Positions 13,781 to 21,606 of a stretch of DNA of 21,606 bases are shown piece by piece. Every line of letters begins with the position of its first letter. The first letter of the stretch is position 1. Position numbers and translations under genes: made by a program. The stretch lies in IMG/VR virus record IMGVR_UViG_2889849113_000003, positions 67,716-89,321 of that record. The stretch is one strand, 5' to 3'. The notes beneath the pieces were generated by a model. That model was not told the DNA's origin and searched no databases. It worked only from the letters and a program-made list of their open reading frames with translations. The stretch is from a virus.

Positions 13781-14395
13781 ATGGCAAACAGCTTCAACCT
13801 CTCCTTCGACCCGGCGCCACTGCTCAAGCAGGTGCAGTCCGTGCGCGAGGCCGTCGAGGCGTCCACGCGCGGCGCGGCCCGCGCCGGCGCCGTGGTACTG
13901 CGCGACGAGGCGCGCCGGCGCGCGGCCAACACGCCGCAGGCGGCGAAGTGGGGCGTCTCGCAGACTGGCAACTTCAGCCGGGCGATTTACCACCAGTTCG
14001 CGCATGACAGGAGCATCCCGGACCGCAAGGCCTCGCCGGGCTACATGCGGGCCATCTACGCCGTCAGCTGGAACCACGCCAAGGCGCCGCATGCCTGGAA
14101 CGTCGAGAACGGCCACTGGCAGTATTTCCGCTGGACGCGCGATGCTGGCGGCAACTTCTGGACGATGCGCCAGCCGCATGCCTGGGGCAAGGCCAAGCCG
14201 CGCCCGCCGCGCAAGAAGACCGGCGACCGCACGGACCAGTACAACTACTGGGTGCCCCTGGACAAGCCGAAGTGGATTCAGGGCTATCCCATCATCCGGC
14301 CCACCTTCGCGGCGATGTGGAACCAGGCGCTGCAGGCCGTGAACCGGCGCTTCAACGAGCGCCTGGCCGAAGAACTCGCGGAGCGCGGCCTGTGA
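13781..14395 (+). CDS. HK97 gp10-like tail completion/neck protein (204 aa)
   Basis: ATG 2 nt after the upstream stop. AARAGAVVLRDEARRRA, TGNFSRAI, KAPHAWNVENGH, YPIIRPTF correspond to the gp10 motifs TGxLxxSI, YxxxVExG, PFxRPA. Confidence 0.85.
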   Translation: MANSFNLSFDPAPLLKQVQSVREAVEASTRGAARAGAVVLRDEARRRAANTPQAAKWGVSQTGNFSRAIYHQFAHDRSIPDRKASPGYMRAIYAVSWNHAKAPHAWNVENGHWQYFRWTRDAGGNFWTMRQPHAWGKAKPRPPRKKTGDRTDQYNYWVPLDKPKWIQGYPIIRPTFAAMWNQALQAVNRRFNERLAEELAERGL

Positions 14396-14757
14396 TCCCG
14401 GTGCTCATGCTGGAGGCCATCGGGCCCCTCGTGGAGGGGCGCGCATTCCATGGAACGGCGGCCTACGACACGCCGCGGCCCTTCGTCACCATCCAGCAGA
14501 TCGGCGGCGAGGCGGTGAGCTTCGTGGACAACGCGCGGCCGTCCAAGATCAACGCGCTGGTGCAGGTGAACTGCTGGGGCGACTCGCGCGAGCAGGTCTA
14601 CCTGCTGATGCTCGCGATCGAGGATGCGCTGCGCGCGTCCGAGGCGATGGTGGCGCGGCCGAGCGGCGCCATGATGGATCGGGATGAACCTGAACAGGGA
14701 ATGTTCGGTGAGCAGCAGGATTTCTCCTGCTGGTGTGACAGACCTGCGCCGACGTAG
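14392..14757 (+). CDS. Tail terminator protein (DUF3168 / HK97 gp11-like), 121 aa
   Basis: GTGA overlap with gp10-like gene. A.YDTPRPFVTIQQIGG, VQVNCWGDSR, QDFSCW; located immediately before the tail tube gene. Confidence 0.88.
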   Translation: MIPVLMLEAIGPLVEGRAFHGTAAYDTPRPFVTIQQIGGEAVSFVDNARPSKINALVQVNCWGDSREQVYLLMLAIEDALRASEAMVARPSGAMMDRDEPEQGMFGEQQDFSCWCDRPAPT

Positions 14758-14783
14758 CGCACGCAACTAGCAACTTGAATTAT

Positions 14784-14804
14784 CCCGCCTTGAGCGGGCT
14801 TTTT
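14784..14804 (+). terminator. Putative intrinsic terminator 1
   Basis: CCCGC-CTTGA-GCGGG followed by CTTTTT. Confidence 0.55.
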
Positions 14805-14835
14805 CGTTTCTCTCTCGCCCGAAAGGGCATCGGCC

Positions 14836-14868
14836 AGCCCGGCATGCACTCGCATGACCGGGCTTTTT
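14836..14868 (+). terminator. Putative intrinsic terminator 2
   Basis: AGCCCGG-CATGC-ACTC-GCATG-A-CCGGGCT followed by TTTT. Confidence 0.6.
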
Positions 14869-14924
14869 CATGCCCGCTCGGGCAAGTGTCTAGCGGGCTG
14901 TCAAGCCCTGGAAAGGAAGCAATC

Positions 14925-15572
14925 GTGTCCTTCGCGATTCCGGATGGTGCCAAGCTGTTCATCGGCACCGTGTCCACGACCATCATCAACGCCACGCTCT
15001 CCACGGGCAGCCCGGCGGTTGCCACCATCGCCTCCGGCCACGGACTGGTCAACGGCGACGAGGTGCTGCTGAACTCCCTGTGGGAGGAGAGCGATGCCAC
15101 GCTGTTCCGCCTCATCAACCAGCTCAGCACCAGCGTGGGCCTGGAAGGGCTGGACTCCACCGACACCAGCTACTTCGCCCCGTCGAGCAACACCGGCTCG
15201 CTGCAGAAGATCACCGGCTGGACCGAGGTGGCCCAGGTCACCGACATCGCCATGAACGGGGGCGACCCGAAGTTCGCGACGGTTGGCCTGCTCTCGCGTC
15301 GTCGCGACATCAACCTCCCGGCGGGCTTCAACCCCATGAGCATCACCATCACGCTGGCCGACGACCCGGCGCTGACGGGCCAGATCGCGCTGAAGGTGGC
15401 GGGCCGCAGCACGGCCAAGCGCCCCTTCAAGATGCTGATGCCGGGCTCGGGCCCCGCGTACTGGTTCGGCAACGTCAGCTTCAACGACGCCCCGCAGATC
15501 CGCAAGGGCCAGGCCAACACGGTGCAGGCCACCGTCTCGCTGCTGGGTCAGTTCAACCGCTACGCCTCGTAA
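14925..15572 (+). CDS. Major tail / tail tube protein (Phage_tail_3-like), 215 aa
   Basis: GTG 14925 with AAGGA RBS at 14913-14917 (the track start at 14775 runs through hairpins). IPDGAKLFI, HGLVNGDEVL..S.W, LEGLDSTDTSYF, KITGWTEV.QV......GGDPKF, ADDPAL. Confidence 0.9.
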   Translation: MSFAIPDGAKLFIGTVSTTIINATLSTGSPAVATIASGHGLVNGDEVLLNSLWEESDATLFRLINQLSTSVGLEGLDSTDTSYFAPSSNTGSLQKITGWTEVAQVTDIAMNGGDPKFATVGLLSRRRDINLPAGFNPMSITITLADDPALTGQIALKVAGRSTAKRPFKMLMPGSGPAYWFGNVSFNDAPQIRKGQANTVQATVSLLGQFNRYAS

Positions 15573-15591
15573 GGCGCTCACAACACGGGGT

Positions 15592-15650
15592 GGCCCGCCG
15601 CGCGCCGCGGCGGGTCTTTCACCGGCCTGGTCGCTCCAGGTCGGCTTTTT
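15592..15650 (+). terminator. Tandem hairpins / terminator after the tail tube gene
   Basis: GGCCCGCCGCG-CGC-CGCGGCGGGTC-TTT (15592-15619) and CCGGCCTGG-TCGCT-CCAGGTCGG-CTTTTT (15622-15650). Confidence 0.65.
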
Positions 15651-15673
15651 CTTCCTGACCCAACGACAACACC

Positions 15674-16099
15674 ATGCCCGCCAAGATCACCCTGACGGCC
15701 CGCCCGGGCCCGTTCACCAAGACCGTCGCCATCCCCACGCCCGAGGGCGAGGATGCGAAGGTGTCCTTCATCTTCAAGTACCGCACCCGCAAGGAGTTTG
15801 CGAAGTTCATGGACGCCTACAACGCCGCCGCGCGCGAGCGTGCCAAGGCGTTGTTCCCGCAACCGGCCGAAGGCGAGGAAGCCCCGGCGGAGGCGCCCGC
15901 GGTCACCGACGCGGTCCTGGCGGACGCCATCAACGAGAGCGGTGCGCAGTACCTCATCGACGTGGCCGAGGGCTGGGGCCTGGATGAGGACTTCACGCTG
16001 GAGAACGCGCAGCGCCTGGTCGATATGTACCCCGGCACCGTGCCGGCGGTGGCCAAGGTCTACGGCGAAACGCTCAAGGACGGCCGCTCGGGAAACTGA
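15674..16099 (+). CDS. Tail assembly chaperone (lambda gpG-like), 141 aa
   Basis: F...V.IPTP.G....VSFIFKYRTRKEF, LIDVAEGWGLDEDFT.EN...LVD.YPG, ends R.GN. Lies between tube and tape measure genes. Confidence 0.9.
   Translation: MPAKITLTARPGPFTKTVAIPTPEGEDAKVSFIFKYRTRKEFAKFMDAYNAAARERAKALFPQPAEGEEAPAEAPAVTDAVLADAINESGAQYLIDVAEGWGLDEDFTLENAQRLVDMYPGTVPAVAKVYGETLKDGRSGN
16090..16096 (+). other. Programmed -1 ribosomal frameshift slippery heptamer G GGA AAC
   Basis: X XXY YYZ in the correct phase (TCG GGA AAC TGA). The -1 frame is open to TGA 16411-16413. Confidence 0.88.
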
Positions 16100-16413
16100 T
16101 CGCGGCTGCGCGCGCACTGCACACCCCTCCGCCCAAGGTGGAGGAGTTGGCGCGGTGGGGCCTGACGCCCGAACTGGTCGCGCGGCCGTTCCCCGAAATC
16201 TGGGAAGAAAACTGGCCGGCGCTGCGGCTCTACATGCGCTGCAACGACCAGTGGCGCTGCGGCATGGGCGGGCCCTACGCCCTGGACATGACCGTGCCGC
16301 TGGCGCTGATGGCCCGCATGGGGCTGTCGGACGACGACTTCGACGAACTCTATGACGACATCACGACGATGGCGCGAACCGCCCTCGAAGTGATGGCCGA
16401 AAACCGGGACTGA
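16096..16413 (+). CDS. Tail assembly chaperone frameshift extension (lambda gpT-like, DUF1799-like); G-T fusion about 246 aa
   Basis: LIAAARALH...EIWEENWPALRLY....QWRCGMGG.YALD; in the -1 frame of the upstream chaperone. Confidence 0.85.
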   Translation: MIAAARALHTPPPKVEELARWGLTPELVARPFPEIWEENWPALRLYMRCNDQWRCGMGGPYALDMTVPLALMARMGLSDDDFDELYDDITTMARTALEVMAENRD

Positions 16414-16416
16414 TCC

Positions 16417-19400
16417 ATGGCTGAAGAAGGCTCCTCCGGCGCCAGCCGCGCGCAAGAGCAGAAGGCCACGCTGCTCATCGGCGCGGATGCGTCCGGCGCC
16501 GAGGTCACGCTGGAGAACCTGACCCGCAAGACCCAGGCCTTCGGCAATCAGGTCGTCAAGGCGCAGGCACTGGTGAAGGCCGGCTTCGAGCTCGGCCCGC
16601 AGCAGACGGCGCGCGGCTTCGAGACGCTGCTGGGCACCCGCGCGGGCCTGGACGCGGAGCGCCTGAAGCCGCTGATCGAAGGCCTGCGCGAACTGGAGCA
16701 GCAGCAGAAGCGGCTGAAGTTCGGCGAGGGCCTGGCTGAGTCGATCGCCGGCCTGGAGAAGCAGGCTCAGCGTGCCAAGGCATCGGCCGAGGCACTGATC
16801 GCGCTGGAGGCGGCTGACAAGCGGCAGCAGCTCACCGCGTTGGGCGGAAGCGCGGAGATCGAGAAGCAAATCAAGCAGTGGGAGCGGCTGAGCCAGGCCA
16901 AGGCCGCGTCCGACCGACAGGACCGCATCGACACCTTCGCGGCCAAGGTGCGCGAGCAGGCCGCGGCACTCGAACTCCAGGGCCAGAAGGCCAAGGCCAC
17001 GGCCGAGGATCTGCTGGCCATCGAGGTCGCGGAAAAGCGCTACCAGGCGCTGATCGCCGGCATCGGGCCGCAGGTCGAGTCCGCCATCCAGGACTACGAG
17101 AACCTGGCGCGCGCGCGGCTGCGTGCTGCCGAGGTGGACCGCATGCAGGCCACGCGCGACGAGTTCACCGCCAAGATCACGGCGCAGGTGCAAGCGCTGG
17201 AGCGGCAGGCCGAGCGCGCGAACCTCTCGGCGCGTGAAATGCTGGAGTTGGATGTCGCCGAGAAGCGCTACCAGGCGTCGCTCGCCGGCGTCGGCCCGCA
17301 GGTCGAAAAGCAGATCCAGCAGTTCCACGACCTGTCGCTTGCACGCATTGAGGCGACGGAACGTGCCGCCGGCGGCCAGGACGCCGAATCGCTCAAGGCC
17401 AAGATCACCGGGCAGATCGAGGCCATGGTGCGCCAGGCCGAGCGGGCGAGGCTCACCGCGCGCGAACTGCTCGAACTGGAGGTGGCGGAGAAGCGTTTTC
17501 AGGCTTCGCTGGCCGGCGTCGGTCCGGCCATGGAAAAGCAGATCCAGGCCTTCTATGACCTGCGCCAGGCCGCTATCGCCGCAGACGAAGCGCAAGCTCT
17601 GGGGCAGGGCGCTGCGCAGCTGAAGGAAAAGACCACCGCGCAGATCGACGCGCTCGTGCGCCAAGCCGAGCGCGCGAACCTGACCAAGCAGGAAATCCTG
17701 GAGCTCGACGCCGCGGAGCGCCGCTACCAGGCGCTGCTGGCAGGCGTCGGGCCGGAGTTAGAGCGGCAGATCCAGCTTTGGTACGACCTCTCTCGCGCGC
17801 GGCTGCAGGCGGAGGAGTTGGCCGCCAACGGCCAAGGCGGGACGCAACTGCGCGCGCAGATCGACAGCCAGGTGCAGGCGCTGGAGCGGCAAGCGCTGGC
17901 AGCCGGTCGCACCGCGCGCGAACTGCTGGACCTGGAGGTGGCCGAGAAGCGCTTCCAGGCATCGCTTGCCGGCGTTGGGCCGCAGGTGGAGGCGCAGATC
18001 CAGCGCCTGTACGAACTGCGCAGCGCCGCGCTGGACGCCGAGGACGCAAACAAGGGGCGAGCGTTCATCAACCAGCTTCAGCAGCGCCTGGACATGGGCA
18101 AGGGCACGGTGAGCATCTACGACCAGATGCTGGCCAAGGCGCGGGCACTGGGCCGGGAAGCCGATGCCAAGCCCATTCTGGATGAGCTCGCCAAGATCGA
18201 GCGCGGCTTCACGGGCGTCGGCAAGGAAAGCCGACTCGCGGCCCAACAGATGGCCCTGGTGGCACCCCAGATCACGGACATCATCACGCAGCTTCAGGGC
18301 GGGGTTGATCCGTTCACGATCCTGATTCAGCAGGGCGGCCAGCTCCGCGACATCTTCGGCAGCGCGGACGGTGCTTTCAGGGGGCTGCTGGGCGGCATCA
18401 AGGAACTGGGCGCCGGCATCCTGCGGTTCGCCGTCAATCCCTTTGTGATGGCCGCCACCGCCGCCGGGGTGCTGGCCGTGGCCTTCCTCAAGGGCCAGGA
18501 TGAGGCGCACGCCTTCGAGCGCGCGCTGATCTCCAGCGGCAATGCCGCCGGCACCAGCTCGGACCGGCTTCGTGCCTACGCGCGGGAGATTTCCGCCAGC
18601 GTCGGCACGCAGGGCGATGCTGCCAAGGCACTCACCGCCCTGGTGAACACCGGCCGCGTCGGCGCCGGGCAACTGGAGGTCGCCGGCGAGGCCGTGGTGC
18701 GCATGGTGCGCGAGATGGGTGTGTCGGCAGAGGATGCCGCCGGGAAGTTCGCCGACCTCGCCAAGGACCCGCTGCAGGCCATCCTGCGCCTGAACGACCA
18801 GTACCGCTTCCTCACCGTCGCCGTCTACGACCAGATCAAGGCGCTGGAGGAGCAGGGCCGCAAGGACGAAGCCGCGAAGCTGGCGCAGGAGACCTACGCC
18901 ATCGCGATGACGGCCAAGGCCAAGGCGCTGGAGCAGCAACTGGGCCTGGTGGAGCGCGCCGCGCGCGGCGTGCGCGACGCAGCCAAGGGCATGTGGGACG
19001 CGCTGCTCAACGTGGGCCGTCCGGAGACGCTGGAAGACCAGCTCAAGAAGGCTGAAGCGAATCTGGAACGGCTGCGCAAGAGGCTCGCGGAGCCGCCGAA
19101 CGCGCCACCCAGCGGCGGGCGCCTCACGCTGGGCCTCGATGTCAAGAGCGACCAGCAGGTGCAGAAGGAAGCCGACCGTGAGCAGTCCAAGGTCGATCTG
19201 CTGAACGAACAGATCCGCCTGCGTAACCGGCTCGCCGCGGCGCAGGGAGATGAAGCCCGGGCTGTGGAGCTCACCAACCAGTTTTTCAAGGACAGCGAGG
19301 GTGCGCTGCGCCGTGAGATCCTGCTGCAGCGCGAGATCGCCCAGGCCAACGAGCAAGCGGCAGCGGCCACCGCACTGAACGCAGGCAACACCGAGAAGCT

Positions 19401-21606
19401 GGCCGAGATCGAGGAACTGCGCCAGCGTCGGATTGCGTTGATCCAGCAGAAGTACGACACCGGCGAGAACGCCGTGTCCATCCGCGCCAAAGAAGCGGAG
19501 TGGATGGACTACATCGCGCGCAAGCAGGGCGAGATCAACCAGGCACGTGCGATGGGCGCGCTCAACGAGGCACAGACCCTCGACGCGCTCAACAAGCTGG
19601 AGATGGACCGGCTGCTGGCGCAGCGTCAGACGCTAGTGCTGGAGCAGCAGGCAGCGCAGGCCCGCATCAACAACCCGGCCGAGCGCGCGCAACTCGCCGC
19701 CGCGCTGGCGCTCAACGAGAAGCAGCTCAACGAGGAACTTGAGCGCGGCCGGCGCGCGCTGGAAGCCCAGACCAACGCTGCCAAGGTGCGTGCGAACCAG
19801 TTCGGCTACGAGGAACAACTGGAGGGCGAACAGGCCGTAGCCGACTACCGCCGGCAGCAAGAGGACGCGATGAACGCCATCGCTCTCGCGCTGTACGAGC
19901 AAAAGCGCTACCTGAACGACAACGCGGCCCTGATCGAGGCCGAGGTCGCGATGGTCGGGCTCTCCAACGAGCAGCGGCAACTTGAACTGGAGAAACTGCG
20001 CATCAAGCTGCGCCTGCAACGCGAGATCGAGGCCATCAACAAGCTCGACCGCTCGCAGGCCGAGAAGGATGTTCTGATCGCCGCGGCGAACGAGAACGCC
20101 GCAAGGCAGTCGGCGCAGGCCGGCACCCGCATCTACCAGCAGGAGTGGGAGCGCACCGCCGGCCAGATCAACGGCAGCCTCACCGACGCCATCATGAATG
20201 CCGGCGAGGATGGGGCGGCGGGCCTGAAGCGCCTGTTTGCCAACCTGGTGCTGCGCCCGGTGGTGCAGGCCATCATGCAGCCGCTGTCTGGCAGCCTCGC
20301 GTCGGCTTTCACGCCGGGTGGTGCCGGCACGGGCGGCGGCGGCTCCGGGTTCATGGGCACGCTGGGCAACGCTGCAAACGCCATCTCCGCGTACCGCAAC
20401 GTCACAGGGCTTGCCGGCACGGCCAGCGGGCTGATTTCCGGGGCTGGGACGCTGTTCGGGTCGGCCACGACGGCGGCCTACGGCGCCGGCGTCGGCCTGT
20501 CGGCGTCACAGGCGGCTGCCGCAGCGGCGGCCTACAACTCGGCGGGCATGACCGCCATCGGCTCCAGCATCAGCGCAGGCTCGTCCCTCGGCGCCAGCCT
20601 CACGGCCGCAGGTCCCTACGTCGCCGCGGCCATGGCCATCTACGCCATCGCCAAGGCGCTCGACAAGTCCGGCACGCCGCACGTCGGCTCGGCATTCGAG
20701 ATCAAGAGCAACGGCACAGGCGGCAGAGTCATCGACAACGCCGATGACGGCTGGCGCCTCAACCGGGTCTGGAGCCCGGGGCAGACGACCAACACCAACA
20801 TGGCGCGAGCCGTCGAGGAACTGGTGCGCGGCGTCTCCAGCACGATCGGCGCCACGCTGGACACCTTCAATCTCGGCAAGGTCACGGTGCGCGGCGCCTT
20901 CGCCAGCGACAACACCGACCCCAGCGCGGGACGGCTGACCATCACCGGCTCGGATGGCGAGGTGCTGACGGACTTCTACCGCCGCAGCTACTCCAAGGAC
21001 GCCGGCAAGGGCCTGCAGCAGTTCACCGACGACGCGGCGCGCGTGATCCGCGACTCGCTCATCAAGGCCGACTTGCCGGCTTGGGCCGACGAGGTGCTGA
21101 AGTCCATCGGCGAGAAGCCGTCGATGGATGCGATCGTGCAGGCCGTCGAGGAGGTCAACAAGCTCGTCGCGGCGTCCAAGACGCTGGGCGTTGCGCTGGG
21201 CCTGACAACCACCGAGTTCGTCAGCGTCGCCAAGGAAGTCGGCGGCAGCGACGCGCTTTCTGGCCTGGCGCAGGGCTACATCGGCGCGATCTACACCGAC
21301 AAGGAGCGCATCGAGGCCGCGCGCAAGTCCCTGGCGTTGGGCTTTGGCGAACTCGGCGTGTCGGTGCCGGCAACCAAGGATTCGTACCGCCAGCTCGTGG
21401 AGGCGCAGGACCTCACGAAGGAGTCCGGGCGCAAGCTCTATGCGCAGTTGCTGGCGCTGGCGCCGGTGTTTGCCGAAGTGCAGAACGCCTGGGAGCAGCA
21501 GGTTGAAGCGGTGCGCAACGAGCGTCTGGGCCTGGAGCAGCGGCTGCTGCAGGTGCAGGGCAACACGGCCGAACTGCGCCGCCGGGAGCTCGCGGCGCTG
21601 GACCCG
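16417..21606 (+). CDS. Tail tape measure protein (>1730 aa, 3' truncated by window)
   Basis: TGAtccATG start; I saw no in-frame stop to the window end. Lambda-type TMP motif QITDIITQLQGGVDPFTILIQQGGQLRDIFG at ~18268-18360, KFADLAKDPLQAI..LNDQYRFLT...YDQIKALEEQGR, long helical Ala/Glu/Gln/Arg-rich segments and a Gly/Ala-rich hydrophobic part at ~20280-20660. Confidence 0.95.
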   Translation, partial: MAEEGSSGASRAQEQKATLLIGADASGAEVTLENLTRKTQAFGNQVVKAQALVKAGFELGPQQTARGFETLLGTRAGLDAERLKPLIEGLRELEQQQKRLKFGEGLAESIAGLEKQAQRAKASAEALIALEAADKRQQLTALGGSAEIEKQIKQWERLSQAKAASDRQDRIDTFAAKVREQAAALELQGQKAKATAEDLLAIEVAEKRYQALIAGIGPQVESAIQDYENLARARLRAAEVDRMQATRDEFTAKITAQVQALERQAERANLSAREMLELDVAEKRYQASLAGVGPQVEKQIQQFHDLSLARIEATERAAGGQDAESLKAKITGQIEAMVRQAERARLTARELLELEVAEKRFQASLAGVGPAMEKQIQAFYDLRQAAIAADEAQALGQGAAQLKEKTTAQIDALVRQAERANLTKQEILELDAAERRYQALLAGVGPELERQIQLWYDLSRARLQAEELAANGQGGTQLRAQIDSQVQALERQALAAGRTARELLDLEVAEKRFQASLAGVGPQVEAQIQRLYELRSAALDAEDANKGRAFINQLQQRLDMGKGTVSIYDQMLAKARALGREADAKPILDELAKIERGFTGVGKESRLAAQQMALVAPQITDIITQLQGGVDPFTILIQQGGQLRDIFGSADGAFRGLLGGIKELGAGILRFAVNPFVMAATAAGVLAVAFLKGQDEAHAFERALISSGNAAGTSSDRLRAYAREISASVGTQGDAAKALTALVNTGRVGAGQLEVAGEAVVRMVREMGVSAEDAAGKFADLAKDPLQAILRLNDQYRFLTVAVYDQIKALEEQGRKDEAAKLAQETYAIAMTAKAKALEQQLGLVERAARGVRDAAKGMWDALLNVGRPETLEDQLKKAEANLERLRKRLAEPPNAPPSGGRLTLGLDVKSDQQVQKEADREQSKVDLLNEQIRLRNRLAAAQGDEARAVELTNQFFKDSEGALRREILLQREIAQANEQAAAATALNAGNTEKLAEIEELRQRRIALIQQKYDTGENAVSIRAKEAEWMDYIARKQGEINQARAMGALNEAQTLDALNKLEMDRLLAQRQTLVLEQQAAQARINNPAERAQLAAALALNEKQLNEELERGRRALEAQTNAAKVRANQFGYEEQLEGEQAVADYRRQQEDAMNAIALALYEQKRYLNDNAALIEAEVAMVGLSNEQRQLELEKLRIKLRLQREIEAINKLDRSQAEKDVLIAAANENAARQSAQAGTRIYQQEWERTAGQINGSLTDAIMNAGEDGAAGLKRLFANLVLRPVVQAIMQPLSGSLASAFTPGGAGTGGGGSGFMGTLGNAANAISAYRNVTGLAGTASGLISGAGTLFGSATTAAYGAGVGLSASQAAAAAAAYNSAGMTAIGSSISAGSSLGASLTAAGPYVAAAMAIYAIAKALDKSGTPHVGSAFEIKSNGTGGRVIDNADDGWRLNRVWSPGQTTNTNMARAVEELVRGVSSTIGATLDTFNLGKVTVRGAFASDNTDPSAGRLTITGSDGEVLTDFYRRSYSKDAGKGLQQFTDDAARVIRDSLIKADLPAWADEVLKSIGEKPSMDAIVQAVEEVNKLVAASKTLGVALGLTTTEFVSVAKEVGGSDALSGLAQGYIGAIYTDKERIEAARKSLALGFGELGVSVPATKDSYRQLVEAQDLTKESGRKLYAQLLALAPVFAEVQNAWEQQVEAVRNERLGLEQRLLQVQGNTAELRRRELAALDP
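16936..18063 (+). repeat. Five tandem 228-bp (76-aa) repeats in the tape measure gene, plus a degenerate copy at 16720-16935
   Basis: The Y/F codon of E(K/R)R(Y/F)QAxxAG(V/I)GP falls at 17041, 17269, 17497, 17725 and 17953, exactly 228 bp apart. Confidence 0.92.

Noticed and set aside
14110-14290. Basic Trp/Pro-rich insertion in the gp10-like protein
   Set aside because: Variable basic loops between the ExG and PFxRP motifs are common in this family, as far as I recall; no evidence of a separate function.
14761-14805. Possible sigma70 promoter (TTGAAT at 14775)
   Set aside because: No credible -10 element at the proper spacing; it overlaps a terminator-like hairpin.
14775-14924. 50-codon N-terminal extension of the tail tube ORF
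   Set aside because: It runs through terminator-like hairpins; a good RBS and the family-like N-terminus start at GTG 14925.
8934-16413. Gene transfer agent or contractile tailocin/eCIS interpretation
   Set aside because: No sheath or contractile baseplate genes. The lambda-type chaperone frameshift and very long tape measure indicate a siphophage. A domesticated element cannot be excluded from this window alone.
16060-19356. Long minus-strand ORFs (534 aa and 532 aa)
   Set aside because: Antisense shadows of the tape measure gene, expected from high-GC codon bias; no recognisable motifs.
1-21606. Diversity-generating retroelement, CRISPR array, invertible shufflon, IS, tRNA
   Set aside because: No reverse transcriptase, recombinase or transposase seen; no adenine-specific TR/VR pair, spaced identical repeats or cloverleaf seen. 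All long repeats found are in-frame protein repeats.

Overview
GC-rich, all plus-strand virion morphogenesis operon of a long-tailed (siphovirus-type, HK97/lambda-like) phage or prophage. A Betaproteobacterial (Burkholderiales-like) host is my inference from composition and protein style. The recognisable core is head-tail adaptor (8934-9503), head closure (9506-9835), HK97 gp10-like (13781-14395), tail terminator (14392-14757), tail tube (14925-15572), tail assembly chaperone with a G GGA AAC -1 frameshift (15674-16413) and a tape measure gene of more than 1730 codons (16417 to window end, absent from the ORF track). The unusual part is about 12.9 kb of accessory genes (12 CDS) in two slots, one upstream of the adaptor and one between the closure and gp10-like genes. 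They encode probable carbohydrate-active domains (SGNH/SASA-type esterase, PcRGLX/YetA-like lyase, clan GH-A-like TIM barrel, possible beta-helix), adhesin domains (FN3 x3, SwmB-like, Big/Ig-like) and small adaptor-like proteins. Several of them share short motifs: a 14-aa 'LSAxV' repeat, a C-terminal APxGxG(Y/F)..RP tail and a common N-terminal domain. My working hypothesis is a modular, multi-enzyme virion decoration (head/neck appendage) system. All family calls come from motif recognition by eye; no searches were run.
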